In this document: piece after piece, positions 31,701 through 48,387 of the stretch
How the letters are laid out: each line of letters begins with the position of its first letter
Position numbering within the stretch: the first letter of the stretch is position 1
NCBI RefSeq assembly: GCF_009914755.1
Contig: NC_060943.1
DNA: 64,000 nt
Reading direction: 5' to 3' (one strand)
DNA from: the human T2T-CHM13v2.0 reference genome, Homo sapiens
Program-made: the position numbers and the translations under genes
The notes under the pieces: model-generated
Told to the model about the DNA's origin: nothing
The model's input: only the letters and a program-made list of their open reading frames with translations
Databases searched by the model: none

Positions 31701-34700
31701 ACTCATTCATCAAAGTGGGAACTTGTTCATTGTCAGCCACTTATTCACCACAGTGGGAACCTGTTCACTCTCAACCACTCATTCACCATAGTGAGAACCT
31801 GTTCACTGTCAGCCTCTCACTCATCACAGTGGGAACCTCTTCACTGTCACCCACTAATTCATCACAGTGGGAACCTCTTCACTGTCACACACTCACGAAT
31901 CGCAGTGGAAACCTGTTCACTGTTACCCGCTCACCCATCACAGTGGGAACTTGTTCACTGTCACCCATTCCCTTATCAAAATGGGAACCAATTTACTGTC
32001 ACCCACTCAGTCAACACAGTGGGAACCTGTTCACTGTTACCCACTCCCTCATCACAGTCAGAACCTGTTGACTGTCACCCACACTTCCATTACATTGGGA
32101 ACATGTTCATGGTCAACATGCACTCATCACGGTGGGAAACTGTTCACTTTCACCCACTCATTCATTACAAGGGGAACCTGATTATTGTCACCCACTTTTT
32201 CATCACAGTGGGAACCCGTTCCCTTTCACCCACTCATTCATTACAGGAGGAACCTGTTTACTGTCACACACTCATTCATCAAAATGGGAACCTGTTCACT
32301 TTCAACCACTCACTCATTATAGGCAGAACCTGTTTACTGTCACCCACTCGTTCATTGCAGTGTGAACCTGTTCACTGTCAGCAACTCATTCATTACAGTG
32401 GGAACCTGTTTACTGTCACCCACTCATTCACCACTATGAGAACCTGTTCACTGTAACCCACTCATTTACCGAAGTAAAAACCTGTTCACTTTCACCCACA
32501 CATTCATCACTGTGAGAACCTGTTCACTGTCAACCACATATGAACCACAGTGAGAACCTGTTCACTGCCACCCGCTCCATCACCACAATGAGAACTTTTT
32601 TTACAGTCATTCACTCACTAATCAGAGTGGCAGCCTGTTAATTGTCACCCACTTTTTCATCACAGTGGGAACCTGTTCACTGTCACCCATTCATTCATCA
32701 CAGTGGAAATCTCTTCCCTGTCACCCATTCATTCATCACAGTGGGAACCTGTTCACTGTTACCCATTCATTCTCAACAATGGGAACTAGTTCACTGTCAC
32801 CCACTCATTCATCACAGTGGGAACGTGTTCACTGTCAGCCACTCATTCATCACAGTGGGAACTTTTCACTCTCACCCATTCATTCATCACAGTGGGAACC
32901 TGTTCACTGTCACCCACTCATTCATTACAGGACTAACATTTTCAGTGTCGCTGACTCATTCATCACAGTGGGAACCTCTTCACTGTCAGCCACTCATTTA
33001 CCACAGTGGGATGCTCTTCACTTTCACCCACTCATTCACCATACTAGAAACCAGTTCACAGTCACCTACTAACAGTGGAATTCTGTTTACTGTCAGTTAC
33101 TCATTTATCACAGTGGGTACTTATTCACTGTCCCCAACTCATTCATTACAGGAGGAACCTGATCACTGTCACCCACTCATTCACCACAGTAGATTCCTGT
33201 TCACTGTCACCCACTTATTCATCACAGTGGGAACCTTTCCCTGTCAGCCACTCGTTCAACACCGAGGGAAATATTTCATTGTCTCTGACTCATTCACCAC
33301 AGTAGAAACCTGTTCAGTCAGCCACTCTGTTACCACATAGGAACCTATTTACTGTCAGCCACTCACTCATCACAGTGGGAACCTGTTCACTGTCACCCAT
33401 CCATTCATCACAGTGGGAACCTGTTCATTGCCTCCCACTCATTGATCACAGGAGGAACCTGTTCACTGTCACCCACTCATTCATCACAGTGGGAAACTGT
33501 TGACTGTCTCCCACTCATTCACCAAGGTGGGAATCTGTTCACTGTCAGACACTCATTCATTGCACTGGAAACCTGTTCACTGTCAGCCACTCACTCACCA
33601 AAGTGGAACCTATTCACTGTCACCCACTTATTTATCACAGTGGGAAAGTGATCACTGTCAGCCACATTCACCACAGTGGGATATTGTTGACTGTCAGCCC
33701 CTCACTCACCACAGTAGGAAACTTTTCACTTTCCCCCATTCACTCACCACAGTGGGAACCTGTTCACTGTCACCCACTCACTCATCACAGTGGGAACCTG
33801 TTCACTGTAACCTACTCATTCATCACAGTGGAACCCTGTTCACTGTCACCCACTCATTCATCACAGGAGAAACCTGTTCACTGTCACCCTCTCATTCATC
33901 ACAGTGGGAAGTTGTTCCTCTCAGCCACTCATTCACCACAGTGGGAACCAATTCACTGTCACCCACTTGTTCACTGCAGCATAAAATTGCTCACTGTCAG
34001 CCACTCAGTCACCAGAATGGGAACCTGTTAACTGTCACTCACTCATTCATCACACTGGAAACCTATTCACTGTCACCCACTCAGTCATCACAGTGGGAAC
34101 CTCTTCACTGTCACCCACTCATTCAACACAGTGGCAACCTTTTCACCGTCAGCCCCTCATTCATCACATTGGTAACCTGTTCACTGTCAGCCACTCATTA
34201 ATCACAGTGGTAACTTGTTCACTGTCACCCACTCATTCATCACAGTGTGAAACTGTTCACTGTCTCCCACTCTTTCATCACAGTGGGAACCTGTTCACTG
34301 TCACCCACTCACTCACCACAGTGGGAACTTGTTCACTGTCACCCACTCCCTCATCGCAGTGGGAACCTGTTCACTGTCATCCTCTCATTTATCTCAGTGA
34401 GAAACTGATCACAGTCAGCCACTCATTCACCACAGTGGGAACCTGTTGACTGTCAACCTCTTACTCTCCACAATGGGAACCTGTTCACTGTCTCCCACTC
34501 ATTTATCACAGTGGGAACCTGTTCACTCTCAGCCACTTATACACCACTTTGGAAACCTGTTCACTGTCGCCCACTCATTTACCACAGCGGGAACCTGTTC
34601 ACTGTCACCCACTCACTCATCACGGTGCTAAACTGTTGACTCTCACCCGCTCATTTACCCAGTGGGAACCTGTTCACTGTCACCCCCTCATTCATCACAG

Positions 34701-36305
34701 TGGGACCCTGTTCACTGTCACCCACTCATTAATCATAGTGGGAACCTGTTTACTCTCAGCCACTCATTCACCACAGTAAGAACGTGTTCATTGTCCCCCA
34801 CTCGTTCACCACAGTAGAAACCTTTTCCCTTTCACCCAATCACTAATCACAGTGGCAACCTCTTCACTGTCACCTACTCATCCATTACCAGAGGAATATG
34901 ATCACTGTCACCCCCTCGTTCAAAACAGTAGAATCTTGTTGACAGTCACACACTCATTCACCACAGTAGGAACGTGTTCACTGTCAGCACTCATTCATCA
35001 CAATGGAAACCTTTTCCCTGTCAGCCACTCATTCACCACAGTGGGAACCAGTTCACTGTCACCCACTCAATCACTGCAGTAGAAACCTGTGCACTGTCAG
35101 TCACTCAGTCACCAGAGTGGGAATTTTTTCACTGTCGCTTACCCTTTCACCACAGTGGGAACCTGTTCTCTGTCAGCCACTAATTTATCACAGTGGGAAC
35201 CTGTTCACTGTCACCAACACATTCATCACTGTGAGAACGTGTTCACTGTCACCCACTTATTCATTACAGTAGAACCCTGTTCAGTGTCACCCACTCACTC
35301 ATCACAGTGCAAACCTGTTTACTGTCAGCCACTCATTCATTACAGGAGAAACCTGATGACTGTCATCCACAGGTTCACCATCTTAGAATTTTTTTCACTG
35401 TCACCCACTCATTCACCACAGTGGGAACTTTTTCACTTTGGCCGCTCATGCATCACAGTGGGAACCAGTTCACTGTCACCCACTCGTTCACCGCTATAGA
35501 AACCTGTTCACTGTCAGCCACCCTGTCACCACAGTGGGAACCTGTTTACTGTCAGCCCCTCACTCATCACAGTGGGAAACTGTTCATTTTCACCCACTCA
35601 TACACCACAGTCAGAACCTGTTCACTCGCACCCACTCACTCATCACAGAGGGAACCTTTTCACAATCAGCCACTCATTCATCACAGTGGGAACCTATTCA
35701 CTGTCAGGCATTCATTCACCACAGTAGGAACCTGTTCAATTTTAGCCACTCATTCACCACAGTGGGAACCTGTTCACTGTCACCCACACAATCATCATAT
35801 TGGGAACCTGTTCATTGCCTCCCACTCATTTATTACAGGATTAACCTGTTCACTGTCACACACTCATTCATCACAGTGGAATCTGTTCACTGTCTCCCAC
35901 TCATTAATCACAGGGGGAACATGTTCACTGTCTGACACCCCTTCACCACAGTGGGAACCTGTTCACTGTCAGCCACTCACTCACCTCAGTGGAACCTGTT
36001 CACTCTCACCCACTCATTCACCACAGTGGGAACCTGTTCATTCTCACCCACTCATTCACCACAGTGGGAACCTGTTCACTGTCAGTCACTCACTCATCAC
36101 AGTGGGAACCTGTTCACTCTCACCCACTCACTCAACACAGTGGGAACCTGTTCACTCTCACCCACTCATTCACCACAGTGGGAACCTGTTCACTGTCACT
36201 CACACAGACATCACAGTGGGAACCTGTTCACTGTCACCCACTCATTCATTACAGAAGGAACCTATTCACTGTAACCCACTCCTTCATCACAGTGTGAACC
36301 TGTTC
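22797..36305 (+). repeat. 38-bp satellite array, right block
   Basis: Same monomer; ends abruptly at ...GTGAACCTGTTC (36305). Confidence 0.97.
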
Positions 36306-36322
36306 AGCCATTGCGCCTGGCC
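36306..36322 (-). mobile_element. 17-bp 5' tip of an Alu
   Basis: AGCCATTGCGCCTGGCC is the reverse complement of GGCCAGGCGCAATGGCT, the Alu start. Confidence 0.65.
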
Positions 36323-37298
36323 AGAAAAGCTTTTAATCATCTACTGACTGGGAACAGGAAAACCTTTTATAATCTAGAACAAAGAGAATGAGTCTGCTTG
36401 CCACTTACACTGCATCAAGATTTTGGGATCTTAAACCTTGGGTTCATAATCTTTAAACTCACAAAGGGCCCTCTAAACTCTTGCAATCATACTGGAGATC
36501 TTAATTGGAGACTTTTAGGTAAATCTAAGCAGAGAAGCTTCTCCTCAAAAGCAGATGGCAACCTTGACATTGATAGCTTTCTCCAGAAGATCAAAAACAA
36601 AGACATCTCTTCTATCATGACACTCCTAGTTCACTTTTTTAATGGCTCTACAAACAACAGAAATAAAAAAGGGATCTCTTGTGTGCACTTTTGGGGTATA
36701 CTTATATATGTAAATAATTTCACAACTAACCTTATATATCAACAAACTTATGTCTGGATAGGTAAAAGATGAAGGGCCACTATAGGTGAGAAATAAGAAA
36801 TGTCTCGCATTCTTGCTAAATGTGACATGGGAAATTTGTTGTCTCATAATATAAGAAACAGAATATTTATCCACTGCTCTTGGAGCAATATTGACTTAAA
36901 GAGAAACTTATGCAGAATAAGTTAGAGCACATTGCCAGGAGGCCATTACTCTTCTGAGTGGTCATTATTCGTTAGGTCTTTCTTTCAAAGGCTTAGAGTA
37001 AATGAGGCTATGGTTGGAAATTTATCTTCCATAATAGGCTCAATAGCAGATTCTACTGTAAAGGCTATGGTTACCCAATAGACTTTAAAATTTTTTACTA
37101 AAGTTGTGCTAAATAAAAGAATTTATCTAGTTTACTTACTGGATAAACAGAGAAGTATCTGTGCAGTTGCTAGTATTTGTAGTTGCACATGGAGAAATAC
37201 ATCGAGTATTACAGAGATTCAGTTGTAGGGGATTAATGAACACACTGCTTGGTTGAAATGAGGAGACCACTTATCTAGCTAATCATTTGATCTATTTA

Positions 37299-37678
<380 letters not shown>

Positions 37679-38208
37679 TCCATACTTCAAACTCTTGATA
37701 TTATTTTCCTGATAGTCAAAATAATAGTCACCCTACTGCACTCTATTCTCTCAAAAATTATAAATCTTTGCATGCAGTCATCTCTAGAATGCCAAGTGAT
37801 CTCTCTTTAACTGGAATGATGAAAACTTGAAGATGTATTTGACCATGAGAACACCATAACCTATGAATGATCTGATAAGAACGGAAACCTAAAATAATGA
37901 AAACTGAGAGTGACATTAAAACTCTGAGGTTTGGTTACACTCCGATCTATGTGAAAACTTAATCAAAAGGGGGGAATCTTTTTAAACAAAATTATTGGAG
38001 GCCATCATCCTGGACTGAGCTTGTTCACTGGGCCCAAACAGACCAAAATGAACCAATTAGTCATTCATGCTAAATGTGACATAGTTAAACTGAAAATTTA
38101 AAGAAATAGGTAGATTCTAAAACTGACCAGGTCTTGTTTTTCTTTTGCAAACAGCAGATATCAATACAAGGAGGTCCCATCCACTGTAATCCTTTTAAAC
38201 AATAATAA

Positions 38209-38592
<384 letters not shown>

Positions 38593-38684
38593 ATAAGTAA
38601 ATTTTTGATGGTGACAAAGTAATATCGATGTCTAAAGTTTGGGGTTATTTCTCAAAATTGAGAAGCTAACCAAATGAGAAATAT

Positions 38685-39086
38685 TGTTAAATTAATTATA
38701 GCCTAAAGTTAACCCCTTTTATGTTTAATTTTGGTCAATAGGTTTTTCTGTACATAGTTAACTAAAACCTAACTGGATATCTAAATAGATTGTTACCTAT
38801 TCATGTACCAACCACTATGTTTGTGCCAATAAAAGAACATCAACTGTTCAAGCCATATTCAAATAAGGCAAATCCCAAACTGTAATTAATCTGGCTATTT
38901 CTGTACCACTTCTATTTTCTGTATGTCACTTTGCTTTTCCTGTGCATAAATCTTTTTTACCATGTGGCTGTGCTGGATTCTCTCTGAGGCTACTCAGGTC
39001 CCACAGACTACTTAATTTGCAAATTATTATTTGCTTAATTAAACTATGTTAAATTTAATTTCTCTGAAGTTATTTTTCTTTTAAAA
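38685..39086 (+). mobile_element. MER57A-like LTR (3' LTR of the ERV remnant)
   Basis: Begins TGTTAAATTAA..AGCCTAAAG, contains CAACTGTTCAA..TTCAAATAAGGCAAA and ATTAAA, ends TTTTTCTTTTAAAA; ~400 bp, collinear with recalled MER57A consensus. Confidence 0.8.
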
Positions 39087-39106
39087 GTTTTCAAATGTTT
39101 TCTTTC

Positions 39107-39701
39107 ATATATATATACAAGTATATATACATGTATATATATACAAGTATATATATATACTTGTATACATATATACTATATATATACATATATACACATA
39201 TATACGTATATATGTATATATACATATATACATGTATATACGTATATACATGTATATACGTATATATACACATATATACATGTATATATACGTATATATA
39301 CACATATATACGTATATATACGTATATATACACATATATACATGTATATATATACGTATATATACACATATATACATGTATATATACATGTATATATACG
39401 TACGTATATATACATGTATATATACGTACGTATATATACACATATATACATGTGTATATATGTGTATATATACACATATATACATGTATATATATATACG
39501 TATATATACATATATACGTATATATATATACGTATATATACATATATACATGTATATATATATACGTATATACACATATATATACATGTATATATATATA
39601 CGTATATACACATATATATACATGTATATATATATATGTGTATATATACATGTATATATACATATATATACATGTGTATATATGTGTATATATATATATA
39701 T
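39107..39701. repeat. ~600-bp compound (TA)n/TATACA/TATACG/CATGTA microsatellite
   Basis: Almost uninterrupted alternating purine-pyrimidine sequence. Confidence 0.97.
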
Positions 39702-40028
<327 letters not shown>

Positions 40029-40149
40029 TGATGTGTTGTAGGGCTTTGATTATCTAAAATAAGTTATGTTTTCCAAATTACTCTATATCAGCTATGTCAG
40101 CTATTTTTTCCAAATTATTCTATGTTCTTTCAAAATGCTTTTGCAATTT

Positions 40150-40450
40150 CTTTTTTGTTTTTTCATTTTGTTTGAAATAGAGTCTCACTCTATCAACCAG
40201 GCTGGAGTGCAGTCGTGTAATCAATCATGGCTTAATCCAGCTTCCACCTTCCGGTCTTAAACAATCCTCCTGCCCTAGACACCTGAGTATCATCATGCCT
40301 GGTTAATTTTTTAAATTTCTTTTATTGAGCCAGGATCTTATTATGTTGCCCAGGCTGCACTTGAACTCCTGAGCTTAAATGATTCTCCCATCTCAGCCTC
40401 CCAAGCCTCCCAAAGTATTGGAATTAAGGATTTAAGGCCACCATGTGCTT
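40150..40450 (-). mobile_element. Degenerate AluJ
   Basis: Diverged antisense Alu with an internal deletion. Confidence 0.8.
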
Positions 40451-40589
40451 CAGTAATTTCTCGAGATTATTTCCAATAATAAATAGTACTTTATGGGCAC
40501 AAATCTACAAGCAATCTGGTTTTTATTTTAGAAGTGTCACTCTCCAGGGTTTTAAGAGTCTAGGGCAGCTACTTGAGTAGTGTGATCCA

Positions 40590-40680
40590 TGGAGGTACAT
40601 AGGCTTTGAAGTCAGACAGAGTTGATCCTGAGTCCCGGCCCAGCCACTTAGAAGCTGTGAGTGTTTGGACAATTTCTTGA
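40590..40680 (+). mobile_element. MIR fragment
   Basis: GGCTTTGAAGTCAGACAGA...CCACTTAGAAGCTGTGAG resembles the MIR core. Confidence 0.6.
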
Positions 40681-40723
40681 TGTGGAAGAGTTCTACAGAC
40701 TACATATGCAGAAAAAGCAGAAT

Positions 40724-41063
<340 letters not shown>

Positions 41064-41244
41064 TCATCCCTCCTGTATCCATGTACATTGACAGGTGCTT
41101 TTACAGCCATTCCCATGAAGATTCAGAATCTATTTTCCAAACGCTTGATCTGGCTGGCCTTATTTGCTCATGGCAGTAGAAACCTGAGAACATGACAATG
41201 TGTTGGTTTGGAGCCTAGGCTCAAACAGTTTTGACTGCTTCTGC

Positions 41245-41570
41245 TTTTCTTTTCTTTTCTTTTCTTTTCTCTGTTTTTTTCTTTTTTTGAGAAGGAGTCT
41301 TTCTCTGTCATCCAGGCTGGAGTGCAGTGGCATGATCTTGGCTCACTGCAACCTCCACCTCCCAGATTCAGGCAATTCTCCTGACTCAGCCTTCTGAGTA
41401 GCTAGGACTACAGGTATGTGCTACCACACCCAGCTAATTTTTGTATTTTTAGTAGAGGCGAGGTCTCGCCATGTTGGCCAGACTCGTTTCAAACTTCTGA
41501 CCTAATGTGATCCACCTGTCTTGGCCTACTAAAGTTCTGGAATTACAGGCATGAGCCAGCATGTCCGGCC
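41245..41570 (-). mobile_element. AluS
   Basis: Antisense Alu; TGCTTCTG duplicated at flanks. Confidence 0.93.
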
Positions 41571-41625
41571 TGCTTCTGTTTTTCTTTCAGAATGCTGCCA
41601 TATTCATGAAAAAAAGCCCATATTA

Positions 41626-41933
<308 letters not shown>

Positions 41934-42336
41934 TTAGCCAACTGGAGTATAAGATACTATGAAGAGGAGAAGTAAGGTATCCCTGTTGACAGTCCCAGAA
42001 GCAGAAGCTCACCTCTACAAGCACAGCTGCTGCTTTCCTAGTCAATGAGCAGCTCATGATACATGTCTGAAGGAGCTCAGCTGAGAACAGAAGAATGGCC
42101 CCACTGAGCCCAGCCTAAATGGCTGAGCATTGCAATTATGAGCAAATCAGTTTTGGATGGTTCATTATGCTGCCATAGTTAACTAATATGTGCACCCAGT
42201 GCAGATAGAATGCCAAGATTTAATAACAGGTTGATTACTAGTTACCTTCTAACATTGGGCACCATAAAAGTACTGATATTTTTCCCGATTTAAAGTTAGA
42301 TGTCTTGTAAGATAATGTTGAGAAATGCAGAAATAT

Positions 42337-42628
<292 letters not shown>

Positions 42629-43062
42629 GAAATGCCGAAATACATGTGGACATGTATGCATGTGATTGTGCTTATATTCACTCAGTTTCCCACACCACAG
42701 AAGAAAACAGGTAACCACAGCCTGAACATTAGAGTCGAGGTCAAATAGCAAAATAAGTTTGCCTTTAATCTATTTTCTTCCTGTGTAAACATTAAAGGTC
42801 AAGACTGTGAACAGATCTGAAGACATAGTTTTTTTTCTCCTGTGGCCCATCATCCTTTGCTCACTGTCTGATCTCTGAAAGAAAGATGGGCAACAGGTGG
42901 TAAGCAGTGGTTTACCTGTGATTTATTCCTGCTGCCATCAGCTTTTTCTATAGCCACTATTTGTTTCACCCTCGGAACTGAAAAGAGACGTTGATAAATA
43001 GAGGCTGTCCCCTCACCTGTGGCAGAAAAGGGGTGTTCAGGCCCTCCACCCCCACTGACATC

Positions 43063-43370
43063 ACAGCTGTACTTCAATGTGGCAGCTATTGGCCATGTGT
43101 GGCTCCTGGGTGCCTGGAATGTGGCTGGTCTGAACTGCGATGTGCTAGAAAGGTAAAATACAGAATTAGTTTCAAAGATTTTGTTTCAAATGTATTTATA
43201 TTTCATTAATAATTACATATTGCTCACATATTAAAATGAAAATATTTTGAATATATTGGGTTAAATAAATTGCTACAATCAATTCCACTTGTTTCTTCTT
43301 TCTTTTTAAAGTTTGGCTACTAGAAAATTTAAAATTCACCTGTGACTCACATTTTATTTCAGAGGATTGC
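43063..43370. mobile_element. MER33/MER3-type hAT-Charlie DNA transposon fossil
   Basis: GGCCATGTGTGGCT near the start and GGCTACTAGAAAATTTAAAATT...CACATTTTATTTC near the end. Confidence 0.7.
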
Positions 43371-43639
43371 CTGTTCAAAGGACCAGAATACAGGAAGGTC
43401 ATAAAATCTAAAATTTTAGAACAATTGTTGTTATACTTTGTTCATTTGTGAATAGCCATATAATATATTATTTTTGAATGCATATAAATTGATACACAAG
43501 GTAAGGGCAAATACTCTCTGGTGTGAGCCTGGCTCAGCTCAGGAAGGAAGCCCTGTCTGAAAAGGCTGCAGCCTAGGCTGTCACTCGCTCTTCTTTCAGC
43601 CCAGCATCTGATCACATCTTCTGTCACTCAGGGCCTGAA

Positions 43640-43760
43640 AAGAAGGTGCCTTAAATATCATCCAATCAGAGACGCTGGGCTGGGAACCGTCCAATCAGGA
43701 ACGCAGCTGGTGCGGATAGGGCGGCTTCCGGGATGTGGCGGGGCCTTTGTCTCTCGCTGC
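43640..43760 (+). promoter_or_regulatory. ZNF85: Core promoter of the KRAB-ZNF gene
   Basis: CCAAT at 43662 and 43691, CAGCTG at 43704, GGGCGG at 43719, ETS-like CTTCCGG at 43725; start of the CpG-rich segment. Confidence 0.8.
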
Positions 43761-43892
43761 AGCCTGAGCTCTAGGTCTTGTTTTCCCTGCTTTGTGTTTT
43801 CTGCTCGTGGACGCCCAGCCTCTGTGGCCCTGTGGCCTGCAGGTATTGGGAGATCCACAGCTAAGACGCCGGGACCCCCTGGAAGCCTAGAA

Positions 43893-43895
43893 ATG
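43893..43895 (+). CDS. ZNF85: Exon 1 coding part (ATG only; 5'UTR from about 43750)
   Basis: GGAAGCCTAGAAATG|GTGAG, the typical ZNF91-subfamily first-exon end; in frame with the KRAB-A exon (M|GPLTF). Confidence 0.88.
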
Positions 43896-44048
43896 GTGAG
43901 AGTGCCAGGTCCGCCATCCCGAGGGGGAAAGGGGTTGGTTGAAACCGGTGGGAAGCGGCTGTGGCGGGACTCAGGCCTCCCTGTAGTCAGCTCCACAATC
44001 TGCGCTCCAGTTCTTTTTGCCCAGCTCGGCCCCAGTTCCTCCAGCCAT

Positions 44049-44059
44049 AAGATGGCGGC
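44049..44059 (+). promoter_or_regulatory. YY1 consensus site in the intron-1 CpG-rich region
   Basis: AAGATGGCGGC. Confidence 0.65.
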
Positions 44060-44273
44060 TGCGCTGACAGCCGGCCCGGGCGTCCTGTCTCTTCCCTGCG
44101 CAGTGACTGTGCCCTGGACTGGAGCCCTCTCTGGGCAGCTCTGCATTCGCAGCACCGCGTCTCTCCCAGATTGAGCAGGGACCACGGGAGGGTTGTCAGG
44201 GGAGAATCCTGACTCGGGGTGCGGGTTCATGAAAGAGCTTTGGGCTGTGGGGTTCCCAGTTCCTCTTTTTTTC

Positions 44274-44977
<704 letters not shown>

Positions 44978-45541
44978 GTCCACAGGGGACTTCTTTTCCC
45001 CTGCATTTTTCACATATGTCTCAAGCAGGGTCTCAAGTCTACTTCTTACTCCCTGTTCTTCCAGATTAACTCTGATTTACAGTAAAATACTAAATTTCCA
45101 GTGTCATTGACATTCCCAAATGCCACCTTCCCCTCTCTGATACACATTATCAATTATTTGTCCTTTATTGTACATTTTATATTTCAACTAATAATTCTTC
45201 CACAAAACATTGGATGGCACTATTTAAAAAATTGTCTTCTGTTTGTAAATATTTCCCATGAGAAGAAAGTGAATAATAATCCCTGACACCATATTGTAAA
45301 AAAATCTCTGTGTCTCTTTTCCTTTTATCTTCCCTAGGCACAGAGTTCTTATCAGAATATTGGTGGGTCAAGGTTTCCGTTTGGAGACTTTATGGTGTGA
45401 TGGGTCATCAGCCACTCTTCAGTTTTTTCCTGGTCCTGGGTTTTCAGTACTGTATGGGGATAAACCAGGATGCCCACCATTGTGGCTATGTTGGCTAGAG
45501 TGTCTAGTGAATATCAGCTCCTGGGTCATTTTCTCTCATAG

Positions 45542-45634
45542 GACAACCTGAGGTATGAAGTGTATCCTATCAAGGGAGCAGGTAGATACCCAGGGTCTGA
45601 GTGCAGTCTCCTGGTGTACTCTTCCTTTGAAAAG
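45542..45634 (+). pseudogene. Inactivated 93-nt pre-KRAB exon (ZNF430/ZNF431/ZNF100 exon-2-like)
   Basis: Acceptor TTTTCTCTCATAG; open 31 codons DNLRYEVYPIKGAGRYPGSECSLLVYSSFEK; followed by CTAACT instead of GTAACT. Confidence 0.75.
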
Positions 45635-45665
45635 CTAACTCCTTGAGACATTAAAATTGACTTCA

Positions 45666-45971
<306 letters not shown>

Positions 45972-47663
45972 TCACCCAACCCAGCTTCTATTTCTTGGAG
46001 ACACATTGAGAGAAAAATGCAGAAATAATTTTTACCCCCTGGATTCTCTAAGATTTGTGAAAGAAAAAATAGTATCCCAAAAGACAAAAAAAAGGTCACC
46101 CCAGTGAGATGGTGCAAGAACTTGCAAAGTAAAATGCACTTGGGGCAGTCACTGGGGCATAGTGTAGTGTCTCTTGAGAGGTTGGTCATTGAGAACTTTA
46201 GTGAGCAGGAGCGGGTGGGAGAATCTTTCAAGTGATTGAACGGCCTGACTTGACACATAGGTCAGACACATCTCTTTTCTAATCAGCACTGTCCCTCTGT
46301 GGGTTTGTCACCTTGAAAAGATTTGTTCACTTATTTTGACTTCAGCTTCTTTTAATTGTAAATTGCATTTGATTAGTAAAGTTTAAAAGGCACAAAAATA
46401 TTTGCACAGGGTGTAAAAGAAGTGGGTTTTAGAAAAAAATTAAAATCTAATCATATATTCCATTTGTTAAGAATTCTCATTTACTTGTTCCTTTGTCAGA
46501 GTGAGTTTAAAAATTTTCTCAGGTGTGCTTATGGCTGGGTGATTTTAAACAGAATTCCAAGGCTTAGCTTTTAGAATGTTATCAGGGAAAAAATTAGGAA
46601 AAATCTCTCTTCCATTTTGGCTGTAGAAAATAAATAGATTTCCACAAGAAAATGTGGTATATAATTGGTGAGTTACATAGATTCATGAAAACACAAATTT
46701 CTCTTTTTGCAGGGTAAAGTTGTGACAGTGAATATTTCTGTCCCATATCCTGTTATCTTGATTTTTAAGTTTCATGATAAATTTTATGAGATGAAACTTG
46801 GTACCTCCTAGAAGTGTTCCCATGACTAATTGTTTACTACATGATTTTTTATAGAAATAATAAACTAATACATTTATTGTCTGAAAGGAATAAATGCTTT
46901 TGCTTTTCTAATTGAGGTATAAAATGTAAGCACCAAAAATTTTCTTTTTTTATATGAACACTGTGTTTGAGTGATTTCATTGGAGTTTTCAGTTTCAAAA
47001 ACCAAGGGAATAAATCTGACATGGAAATTAAAGCTTGAACCCAGTGACTCCAACCTAAGGCTAATATTGAGCCTACAAAAAAAAAAAGATTATTAAAGGC
47101 CCAGTTAGTTCTTTCTGGGGAGCCTCCCCTGCAGATGTCCCAGCCTGCTCACCCCAGCCATGGAAGAAGTCTTTCCATCCTGAGAGAAGCTCCAAAGCCT
47201 TGGAAAGCTGGGGCCCCACAGGCAGATGCAGTTAAGGTTAAGATGAAAGGAAACTGGGAGGGTCTCACTGATGATAAAGTTTTTTATTGTTTTGAGACAC
47301 TGTCTAGACTTTGTAAAATAAAACAAAGTTAGATTTGTGTAAAAAAAAAAATTGAATTCCAAAGGAATATTGCAACAGGAGGAAGTACCAACTATATCAT
47401 CTTTATGGCTTGCAAAGTTTAGGCAGACAAAGGCTTTGTTTCCTAGGGAGGAGCATAAAAGATTAGAAAAAAGGTGGGAGGGGAGTGGCAAATGGAGTGT
47501 GAAAAAAATCAGATTTTAGATCAGATAATGTTTTACCCTGAAGTCAGCATGTTCATAGGAGGGACATAAAATGGGGTTGTATGTTGACTCACACTCAGGG
47601 TAGCTCAAAGTTCAGGAGCCTGTGGGAAAAAAATAAACTTAAGTTTGATTAAGAAGTATTTTA

Positions 47664-47957
<294 letters not shown>

Positions 47958-48097
47958 TATTTTATTTAGACCAGTGAAGACAAATTCAGCTCATTTTTTT
48001 AATGAGAAAAGGAAGAAAATGTGTACAGTATGTATCTGGCTATGTGATAGGTAAGAAAAGGGAGTGTCTTCTAAGTCATAATAAGAAGGGTGTTTTT

Positions 48098-48387
48098 GGC
48101 TGGGCATGGTGGCTCACACCTGTAATCCCAACACTGGGAGGCTGAGGCGTGAGGATCACGAGGTCAGGAGTTCAAGACCAGCCTGGCCAAGATGGTGAAA
48201 CCCTGTCTCTACTAAAAATACAAAAATTAGCTGGGCGTGGTGGTGTGTGCCTGTAGTCCCAGCTACTTGGGAGGCTGAGGCAGAAGAATCGCTTGAACCG
48301 GCAGGCGGAGGTTGCAGTGAGCCGAGATCATGCCACTACACTCCACCCTGGCGACAGAGCAAGACTCCATCTGAGGGGGAAAAAAAG
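48098..48387 (+). mobile_element. AluSg-like
   Basis: Alu dimer. Confidence 0.93.

Noticed and set aside
36398-36874. 124-aa and 82-aa ORFs
   Set aside because: Inside decayed ERV sequence, with no recognisable domain or splice context.
43658-44230. 190-aa antisense and 154-aa sense ORFs over exon 1
   Set aside because: Expected in GC-rich promoter DNA; no domain, and they cross the exon-1 donor.
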